From Octopus vulgaris (Eukaryota), in contig OX597815.1 of NCBI GenBank assembly GCA_951406725.2, positions 23,250,001-23,314,000 of the forward strand: 64,000 nt of DNA. Reading direction: 5' to 3'. Made by a program: the position numbers and the translations under genes. Below the pieces are notes generated by a model. That model was not told the DNA's origin. It was given only the letters and a program-made list of their open reading frames with translations, and searched no databases. This document shows positions 15,201-23,130 of the stretch, one piece after another. Position 1 is the stretch's first letter, and the number at the start of each line of letters is the position of its first letter.

Positions 15201-15262
15201 AAATACAGAAAAAACGACAAGAAATCAAAGATCTGATCCGCTCATTGAAAAAATGTTCTTAG
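3013..15262 (+). CDS. SENP8: SENP8/DEN1/NEDP1 NEDD8-specific protease (Ulp1/C48 family), 5'-partial; coding exons 3013-3101, 3931-4039, 9317-9432, 10224-10274, 15099-15262
   Basis: Manual splicing with AG/GT at every junction and matching phases gives YFEREQYRYCADLLAFISPSVIQAIKFYP-Q-HEMGIFLDPLNLTAKQYVFMAVNDNMAAYQYGGSH-W-SLLMYNGLRNAFYHYDSMSPSNTSIAEDLCHKIQTNMN-A-DKKATFKEMDCPQQEN-G-YDCGVHVIATCEHLVRQNIEAYSVPLECSISAKQIQKKRQEIKDLIRSLKKCS*. This matches the recalled SENP8 motifs FISP, FLxPLxL, VFxAxNDN, GGxHWSLL, HYDS and PxQxNxYDCG. No N-terminal WLND exon was found in 1-3012. Confidence 0.95.
3283..3570 (-). mobile_element. tRNA-derived SINE (family D); further copies at 33845-34146 and a relative at 55580-55890
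   Basis: Minus-strand head has A-box-like tggcatagtgg and B-box ggttcaaatct; near-identical copy elsewhere in the window. Confidence 0.8.
3931..4039 (+). CDS. SENP8: SENP8 exon with catalytic His (109 nt)
   Basis: tgctgcag|AACATGAA...TCACATTG|gtatat; encodes FLDPLNL...AVNDN...GGSH(W). Confidence 0.93.
4226..4445 (+). mobile_element. tRNA-derived SINE with Meta-domain-like core (family A), diverged copy
   Basis: A/B-box head plus gactttgcctttc.tcctttc.ggg..gat.aa..aagtaccag core shared by more than 12 copies in the window; the Meta-domain assignment is from memory. Confidence 0.7.
4495..4934 (+). mobile_element. RTE 3'UTR-derived repeat with (GAT)n tail (family C); other copies near 21184-21525, 22040-22296, 23146-23393, 28705-28880, 29816-30415, 56395-56590, 57280-57715
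   Basis: Repeated gtgccggtggcacgtaaaaagcacc units, ggaagggcatccagctgtag motif and (GAT)n tail; the same sequence is contiguous with an RTE ORF at 36623-37727. Confidence 0.85.
6448..6742. mobile_element. MITE-like foldback element with ~105-bp terminal inverted repeats
   Basis: 6448-6553 is the reverse complement of 6634-6742 with few mismatches and one small indel; ~80-bp spacer. Confidence 0.8.
6800..8958 (+). mobile_element. 5'-truncated CR1-like (Jockey group) LINE with frameshifted reverse transcriptase and (TTA)n tail, in a SENP8 intron
   Basis: QFGF...QL, VDVVYLDFAKAF, SGVPQG, KYADDIKLY, ERDLGVIVD, VRPHLEFASPVWNP and RKHFFTLRVTEAWNRLP motifs are split over several frames; tail ttattattatt. 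Confidence 0.92.
9317..9432 (+). CDS. SENP8: SENP8 exon with catalytic Asp (116 nt)
   Basis: atttgtag|GAGTTTG...ATGAATG|gtaaga; encodes SLLMY...FYHYDS. Confidence 0.93.
10224..10274 (+). CDS. SENP8: SENP8 exon with oxyanion-hole Gln (51 nt)
   Basis: gtaaaag|CTGACAAA...GAAAACG|gtaatt; encodes DKKATFKEMDCPQQEN; phase fits both neighbours. Confidence 0.88.
10385..10826 (+). mobile_element. CR1-like LINE 3' fragment; others at 24376-24815, 58917-59122, 60622-60705
   Basis: HGHAYKVRRQHSSHDFRKHFFMLRVAEAWNKLP plus the same 3'UTR and (TTA)n tail as 8510-8958. Confidence 0.88.
10915..12010 (-). mobile_element. Older antisense CR1-like LINE remnant
   Basis: Minus strand retains decayed matches to the 6800-8958 element (ggatgttatctatcttgacttcactaaagcc, ctacagggatcggttattggtccc, agtagtgggaaattaccagtgttatccc). 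Confidence 0.7.
13742..14149 (-). mobile_element. Family A SINE with its 3' ~180 bp tandemly duplicated
   Basis: tatttctttactacccacaaggggctaaacacagagggg... occurs at 13742 and again at 13925. Confidence 0.85.
14250..14630 (-). mobile_element. Non-autonomous Helitron (subfamily 1); sister copy at 17565-17958
   Basis: Minus strand starts TC, ends with a cccgagcaacaccggg hairpin then CTAG, inserted between A and T with no TSD. Confidence 0.85.
15099..15262 (+). CDS. SENP8: SENP8 last coding exon with catalytic Cys and stop
   Basis: aacttcag|GTTATGACTGCGGA...TGTTCTTAG; encodes GYDCGVHVI...KDLIRSLKKCS*. Confidence 0.94.
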
Positions 15263-16460
15263 TTTACAAAGCATTTAATTTGGACTTTTTGTTTTGAATC
15301 TCTTTGATTTCATTGATCATACTCTTTTGCTGATATTTCAAAGACTTTGTCAAAAATATTCAACCATTCAGTATTGTGGGATTTAGAGGGATAAGTCCAC
15401 ACGGGAAAACAAAATGATGTAATTCTGAAGGATTACTTATCAAATTACCACACTTGTTATTTTTAGCTTTGTTTTATTTCCCATCTCTTTCTAAGTCACT
15501 GATGCTTATCAGACCAATACTTCTAAGATCTGAAAATATTTTTTATGTATTATATTCTGTGAATATAAGTAAAAAAAAAACAAGGATTTTGCAAGAAGAA
15601 CAGTAAATATTACTATTGCTCCCAATTTATACATGATGTAATATCTCAAAAACAAAACATTTCATATGAATTTAATTTGAGGGTTAAATGTTTTATACAA
15701 AAAAAGGTGAGATTTGTGGATTTGTTTTTTTTGGTTTCTTACTTTCCTTCTTTTATACAGTGGAGACATGCAAGTCTTCTCTACATTAATAGATACGATC
15801 ACTATACATATTAAGAAAGCATTATTGCACCCATTAAGTATAAACAGAATACTCTTAGAATCCTCATTATTGCTACAAATACCACTACTGAAGACCCATA
15901 CTCAACTGCATCACAAAGTCTAACCTTTTTTCTTCAGGGCTTACTCCCCGGCCCATGCTAAATCCACTACAAAACTCCAGTGAGACCCACAATTGATTAA
16001 TGTTGCTACAAAAGCATCCAAGATTACATCTGAAGAATGGCACTCAACTAATTAGCAGGAAGTCATTCACCAACGCACACCAACCTTTCTCCCACTGATA
16101 TGCTGTGTCCTCTCTCTACTTTTTCCACTACACTATAGTGGGCCCCTGTTCATTAGAGTTGTCTGGTCTCCTGTTACTTTCACTCTTGCTCTCCTGGTTC
16201 ATTCATCTCCCTTTCTCTCATGACCTATAATGTGTCTACCTTGTAAACAGACTTAGAAATGTTCAAAAGAACCATTAATCATGTTGGTTTCAATAGTCTC
16301 AGGAAGCTTGTAAAGGTTATGGGCACAGCCCTTTCTTCCAAATTGATTGAATAAAAAAAAAAACATGTCTGTTTAGGAAAATTCTTTTATTCTTTCAAAA
16401 TAGAGTTTTCATTATTAAATTATTCTCAATGAAGAGGAGTAAAAGAAAAAAAAAGACAGA

Positions 16461-16621
16461 GGCACAGGAGTGGCTATGTAGTAAGTAGCTTGCTTACCAA
16501 CCACATGGTTCTGGGTTCAGTCCCACTGCGTGACACCTTGGGCAAGTATCTTCAACTATAGACTCGGGCTGACCAAAGCCTTGTAAGTGGATTTGGTAGA
16601 TGGAACTGAAAGAAGCCCGTC

Positions 16622-16666
<45 letters not shown>

Positions 16667-16866
16667 AGTGTGTGTGTGTATATGTTTGTGTGTCAGTGTT
16701 TGTCCCCCCCAACATCACTTGACAACCAATGGGGGTGTGTTTACGTCCCTGTAACTTAGCGGTTCGGTATAAGAGACCAATAGAATAAGACCTAGGGTCG
16801 ATTTGCTTGACTAAAGGCAGTGCTCCAGCATTGCCGCAGTCAAATGACTGAAACGAGTAAAAGAGT
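16461..16866 (+). mobile_element. tRNA-derived SINE with CORE-like segment and internal (TA)n (family B); copies at 23397-23799(-), 26698-27105, 44025-45105 (split), 57733-58145
   Basis: Head tggctatgtagtaag...gggttcagtccc, ccttgggcaagt motif, central microsatellite and gtaaaaga tail; multiple copies. Confidence 0.85.
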
Positions 16867-17564
16867 GTAAAGAGTAGAGTTTGACCAAAGTGAACTACAG
16901 AGCTGAATGGCACAAGTTTCATGATCAGGAAATGAAATACAGAAATCAATTACACTGACTGCTTTAAACTATGTTAGAGAATATGGTAAGGCAGATAGGA
17001 CAGTAATGTTGGTCTTGAGTGTAGGACCTGTAGAGATATGCTCATACAATATTGATAGATATTAAAGAATGCTGTACTATTGAGATGACAAATCCATGCC
17101 AGTCTAAAGACATATTTAAGATGAAGATAATGGTAAAAGTTTTATGAAAAGAACAATACCTTAGCTGTCTTGTATTGCTGCAGAATAAAGTTACACTGCT
17201 GGATATTCTTTGTGTTACAGATCTTATTGCAAAGTGGAGCCTGTTTTCAACTAAGTTCACAGTAGGAAAAAGGTTAATTAAAGTTTCTTGATTTACTGCT
17301 TGAAGTGTACTAGAACCCACTACAAAATAAGTTTTCATGCAGCAAGCATCTCTGGGCAATTTTCTCCCAGTCTTTTTTTAATATATAAAAATATATATGT
17401 TCATTTGTAAAAATCTTTTAGCTCTCTGGTTGTTCTAACATCTAGAAGTTATAATTAGGCTATCTTGCATTAAATGAGGTCCAATTAGACTGAAACATGT
17501 TCAGAGTTGTCACCTTACTAACCTTAATACTTAAGATTAGATTCACTCATCACTGCATTCTATA

Positions 17565-17958
17565 CTAGCAGTATCGCCCAGCATTGCTCGGGTTTGTTTC
17601 GACCCTTTAGAATTGGAATTTTTGAAAAATAAAAATTTTGCATTATGTAGCTTGTTATTCTCTTTAAGTGAACATTTTTTTGGTTGAAATACACCGAAAA
17701 ATGGTGACACAGCAGTAAAAAAAATCGTAAAATATAAGGATTTTCACAGAAAAAAATGCACCTTTTCGATGTAAATAATTTTTGGTGTTAACATGGTCTG
17801 ATTTGAATTTTTTCTTCTACAGAAGGAAGAGCAAGCCTTCTTCTATCATACTCTCAATTTTGGTCAACTTGTGCTGCAGGGTCTCAGAGGAGATAGTGTT
17901 AGTTGAAGGCTACCAAACCTGCCATACACAGACAACTTCAGCTTTATATACATAGAGA
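17565..17958 (-). mobile_element. Non-autonomous Helitron (subfamily 1)
   Basis: A|TC...hairpin...CTAG|T on the minus strand; highly similar to 14250-14630. Confidence 0.85.
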
Positions 17959-18944
17959 TTTAATCAGAATTAAATAACATTTCAGATTTATCTCTGCTGC
18001 CTACATTGACAATATTTAGCCATTTAAGTAATGATTGTTCACATTATGAGAACTATGTAATTACAACTAAGGTTTCTTGCCTTACAACACTGAGTGAGTT
18101 AGTCCAATTTCGCTGTTAAATACTATTTTGTGAGGTTGGGCATGGAATGCAACAACTGAAGCTAGCAATGAACTAATATTTAGAATTGTTTTTATTTTTA
18201 AAAATTGTTTTATACTTTTATATTAGAGTGTTTCTAAAAATTTGGTTGCTTGAGTATGTTTTCTTACATAGTGCAAGGAAGAAAGGAAAGCTTCTAACAT
18301 GGGTGAGGATTTCAGTTTGATGTTTAGCTCATGTGGGTTGATATTTGTAAGGAAAGGAATTTCAAAAACATGCAGTTTTGGAAAGGAAGGAGTGGTCCAA
18401 GTATTAAGTACAAAGTTTTGGAGATCCTGACTTTAAGAGTATTGTGAAAGGCTTGGTTGGAGGCCCAGTCTTCCGAGTTCTTTTACAGGGCTTAGAAAAG
18501 CTGAAGGAATGCTGCAATAAGTTTGTGAATCGACTGCCCGAACTCAAGATCTTTAGCAAGACACCACTTTATGCATGGATGTACCTGACGTGACCCAAAC
18601 TGCAAAATGGATGCAATACAACATGATGTAGCAGGATGGGTTGAAACGATCGTCGTATAAAATAAAGACTAATACCAAATCCATCTTTTGGTTACTTAAT
18701 TATTATATATATATTTTATAAATAAGGATAATATCGATATTTAAATATCGATATTATCTAGTGGCCAGCATGGGAATAAATACCATACAAAGGTAATTTT
18801 TTTACAACTATAAATAAGGATGTCTGAGAGACCCCACCATGCCGAAATAGCAGTCAAAACCCTGACTCTAAAAACCACCTTAAATGTTCATATCGCACCA
18901 TGAGATAAGACAGAGAGACAAAATAAACTAGCAAAAAGATATTA

Positions 18945-19017
18945 CTGGATAATTCAAGATCCTGGATTTCTAGCGTTGCTTCAAATAAGCTCTGCCTTCA
19001 TCAGTTGAATATACCAG
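18945..19017 (-). ncRNA. Type I hammerhead ribozyme-like motif with intact core
   Basis: Minus strand: cugguau-auucaa CUGAUGA aggcagagcuuauuugaagcaacgcua GAA AUCCAGGAU C uugaau-uauccag. Stem I is 6 bp plus internal loop plus 4 bp; stem III AUCC/GGAU; cleavage triplet AUC. Confidence 0.7.
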
Positions 19018-19155
19018 ATGGGCACATAAATACAAATATATATATACAGAACACACGTTATACTTACATATACAAACGTCCATACATATATATATATATA
19101 TGCATGTATGTACATGGTGGTGTCTCTCAGACACCCTTATTTATAGTTATATATA

Positions 19156-19374
19156 TATGAGGGGATTCTGAAAAGTTCCTGGCTTGGGGTAAAAGAAAGT
19201 ATGAGAGAATCAGTTAATTATGATTTTATTTAACATATTTCCCTGTCAGATTCTCACATTCATTGCTGTGGTCCTTCACTTTTTATAAGCTTTATAAAAG
19301 AACTTGGAAGGCTGGGCTTTCAGCCAGACATTTATAATACTCTTAAAGCCAGAAATTTTTCAGCACCCCTTGTA
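19156..19374. mobile_element. Mariner-derived MITE
   Basis: TIRs tgaggggattctgaaaagttcctggct / agccagaaatttttcagcacccctt, with TA at both ends. Confidence 0.65.
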
Positions 19375-19399
19375 CGTATGTATGTGCATGAATGTGTAC

Positions 19400-19695
19400 A
19401 TGTATGTATGGATGGAAAATGTACCTCCACCAGCTATTCTACCAATATGTCTGTGCACACCGTTCAATGCAATGTATGCCAGGAGGTCTGCAAATCTAAC
19501 AGAGACCTCAAAAGACATTTTAAGATCCACAAAGACCAGATCTTAACTGCAGCTCTTGGTTGTCCAAATCCGATATGCAATCTATGTGGTTGTCTTTTCA
19601 AAGCATTGTCAAGCTTAAAAAGCTATGATGGTTCTAAGATGTCGGTACAAGAGGTGGTCAAACTCAGCATCAGATGTAGACAACCACCATATGTG

Positions 19696-19700
<5 letters not shown>
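19400..19700 (+). mobile_element. RTE-type LINE 3' end encoding degenerate C2H2-like knuckles
   Basis: QCNVCQEVCKSNRDLKRHFKIH; antisense homologue at 62990-63660 is contiguous with an RTE LRWCG motif. Confidence 0.7.
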
Positions 19701-19747
<47 letters not shown>

Positions 19748-20074
19748 CAAAATAAGCAACAAGGATATCCAAATCACCTTATTTTAAATTATATGGATAA
19801 TACCATACTAAATTCTGGTGACTTCAACTTAAGTACCATATTCATCGGAATCTAAATTTTACTGAACAGATATATATATATAACCTGTGGCCTCTACCTG
19901 GGACGTAGCCAGCCCACTTATGCATACCTTTCCTTCTTGTGACACAAACCCTACTTGTGAAGATCTGTTGAGGCAAGTGAAAATCAAAATCGAAATCGAC
20001 CAACATCAATGGAAATTGTAGCTGTGATACCAGTGCCTGTGGCACATAAGAGAACCATTCGAATGTGGCCAGTA

Positions 20075-20690
20075 GCTGAGTTTGTTTTCATTTCATCAAT
20101 AGCCTTTATTACATCGTCTTCCTTTATATTGATGTAATCAATCATAGCTGCCTCTGATTTTATATCTGCAGTGGTAAAGAAGTCAGTTGGATTGCTGACT
20201 TGAAAATGCCCTAGGGGTGGAGTGAAAATACTCTTGAATTGCTCATTTAGTATTTCACTTACCCTCATTGGATTTCCTGTGAGTGTGCCATCCTTTTCAA
20301 GGAGTGGCCCTATCTTACAGTGCACCGTAGCTGTTTCTTTGGCATACCTGTAGAAAGCTCTGGGGTTAGATTTTATGTTGTCTATAGCCCAGGCTTCTTT
20401 GTCTGCTCTTTCTTTTTCATGGGAGAGTTGCAGACATTTTTCAATTTCCAACAGTTTTATTTTCAGGCGGGACTTTTCACTGCTTTCAATTTGTTTGTTT
20501 AGGCGATTTGAAACTTTTGTATGCCGTCTCATTAGAATTTTCCTCTCTCTGGGGATTTTGCTCTTGTGTACAGTGGCCTTTCTCTCTGGGAACCACATTT
20601 GTAGCATATGGCTTGCATTACAGACATGAATTGTTGAAGTTTAATGTCGATGTCTGGCGAGGATAGACATTCAGGGCAGTTTTGTTTATA
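20075..20690 (-). mobile_element. LINE ORF2 fragment (linker between endonuclease and RT, CR1/L2-like)
   Basis: ORF 19984-20607: IKSNPRAFYRYAK...IGPLL...ILNEQFKSIFT...VIKAIDEMKTNSATG. Confidence 0.75.
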
Positions 20691-20818
20691 TATGTGTATA
20701 TAAACTTAAACTTAGATATGTTTCAACCAAAGATTGGTCCAGGCCATGTCTAACTTAATAGCACCACCTGATATGATTATCTAAATTCTGTTTAAGTCAA
20801 GTTTTGTTTGTGGTCCAT

Positions 20819-20859
20819 GTATATATATATATATATGTATATATATGTATATATATATA

Positions 20860-20898
<39 letters not shown>

Positions 20899-20899
20899 G

Positions 20900-20936
<37 letters not shown>

Positions 20937-20947
20937 GTATATATATG

Positions 20948-20982
<35 letters not shown>

Positions 20983-21131
20983 GTTTATATATATGTATAT
21001 ATATATGTATACATATATATGTATATATATATGTATATATATATGTATACATATATATGTATATATATATGTATACATATATATGTATATATATATGTAT
21101 ATATATATGTATGTATGTATATATATGTATG

Positions 21132-21164
<33 letters not shown>

Positions 21165-21183
21165 GTATATATATGTGTGTATA
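20819..21183. repeat. Long compound (TA)n/(TATG)n microsatellite
   Basis: ~360 bp of TA, TG and TATG units. Confidence 0.95.
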
Positions 21184-21560
21184 TCATCATCACCATCATC
21201 ATCATTTAGCGTCCGCTTTCCATGCTAGCATGGGTTGGATGGTTCAACTGGGGTCTGTGAAGCCAGAAGGCTGCATCAGGCCCAGTCTGATCTGGCAGTG
21301 TTTCTACGGCTGGATGCCCTTCCTAACGCCAACCACTCTGTGAGTGTAGTGGGTGCTTTTTACGTGCCACCCGCACACGAATGGATGGTGGTGCCAGATG
21401 AGTCTGGCAAACGGCCACGAACGGATGGTGCTTTTTTACGTGCCACCGGCATGGGGGCCAGGCGAGGCTGGCAACGGCCACAAACGGATGGTGCTTTTTA
21501 CGTTCCACCGGCACGAGGAACATGTATATATATGTATATATATATATGTGTGTATATATG

Positions 21561-21591
<31 letters not shown>

Positions 21592-21962
21592 ATATATATA
21601 TATATGTATATATATCATCATCATCATCGTCGTTTAACATCCGCGTTCCATGCTAGCATAGTTTGGACGATTTGACTGAGGTCTGGCGAACCAGATGGCT
21701 GCACAAGTCTCCAATCTAATCTGGCAGAGTTGTCACACTCCTGTCACAACCTGGGACCTTGAAGACTGCTTTAATGCGAGAATATATACTAGTCCCTTAA
21801 TATTTTATATTCAATATTTCATCTATTCAATAAGACAATCAATACTTCATTTCATTTTACTATATATATATTATTTATACTATATATTCTATATTCTACA
21901 TTAATATTATTAAGAATATAAATAGAACATATAAAACAGAGTTGGAATTTCTTTGAATAATA

Positions 21963-22027
<65 letters not shown>

Positions 22028-22450
22028 ATATAAATATATGGCCAATGCCAGCCTCGTGTGGGCCCTGTGCCGGTGGCACGTAAAAAGCGCCATCTGACCA
22101 TGGCCGTTTGCCAGCCCCGTCTGGCACGTAAAAAGCACCCACTACACTCACGGAGTGGTTGGCGTTAGGAAGGGCATCCAGCCATAGAAACATTGCCAGA
22201 TTAGACTGGGACATGGTGCAGCCTTCTGGCTTCCCAGACCCCAGTTGAACTGTCCAACCCATGCTAGCATGGAAAGCAGACGCTAAATGACGATGATATA
22301 TATACACACACACACACACACACATACATACATATAGAGTGAAATCAAGCAGAATCTCTACTTGATCTTATGTAAATGCTATATTTGATATATTTAACGA
22401 ATCTAATTTGTTCATCTGCATAATTGTTTATATATATATATATATATATA

Positions 22451-23130
22451 AATCCCGAAAAAGAAATACACTCTAAAGTATAGAGCAGTAATATATCTAT
22501 ATGTAGTTAAGTCTATATCCATTCATAGACTTACCAATGGTTTCGCATCCTCAAAAAGATTAGCCCCATGGTAGGCTTATCCAGAGAGATGATTTGTCAC
22601 ATTCCTGGCCAGCCATGCATGGCACCTCAAAGATGAAGGGACCCCATATGACATTAAGTGGAGGATCATAGAGAGGCTAGGACCCTACATTAATGGGAGT
22701 GGATGCTGCAAACTTTGTGTAGCAGAGCAAACAAAAATTCTCAAAGGCTCCCTGAAACCTGGATCACTGAACATTCACCAGGAAATTTACATTCCCTGCA
22801 TCCATTTCAAACACTACCTGCTGTAAGCATGGGATTCCCTATCCCCTGATTAGGGCTGGAAAGGTCCTTACAAACTAGAAGCAGCCCAAGAGCAAAATTC
22901 TCTGCTTCCCCTCTTTTGGTCCAGATGACCTGGTCTAAAGGTGATAACCTTTCCTTGTCGACCCAGAGTGTTTATTCTTTGGTAACTTACTAACCAACTG
23001 ACTGTAACAGATTCCTGCCTTCCAGAGATGAAGAGTTACATTTGTCTTATGAGCTGTCCATAGGGATAAGCTCTTTGTGGATGCAAAACCATTGGTCACT
23101 CTATAACCAGACATAGACTATACTTATAAA
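22451..23130 (+). mobile_element. Penelope-like element remnant (GIY-YIG C-terminus, Naiad-like) with inverted hammerhead-bearing ends, inside (TA)n
   Basis: 22602-22826 encodes FLASHAWHLKDEGTPYDIKWRIIERLGPYINGSGCCKLCVAEQTKIL...LNIHQEIYIPCIHFKHYLL*; 22511-22584 is an inverted diverged copy of 23044-23118; (TA)n on both sides. Confidence 0.8.

Noticed and set aside
17042-17359. 105-aa minus-strand ORF in unique sequence
   Set aside because: No recognisable motif or supporting neighbouring exons; length is compatible with chance.
19378-19746. Possible host C2H2 zinc-finger gene
   Set aside because: An antisense homologue at 62990-63660 is contiguous with RTE RT C-terminal motifs, so this is a retrotransposon tail.
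20792-21675. Many overlapping ORFs rich in YI/YT/VC dipeptides
   Set aside because: They are translations of (TA)n/(TG)n microsatellites, which lack stops in several frames. The same applies to ORFs near 43000, 46000, 47800 and 55100.
22602-22826. Selenocysteine-encoding Penelope ORF, as recalled for some Naiad elements
   Set aside because: All Cys positions are TGC/TGT and the stop is TAA; no in-frame TGA is seen.
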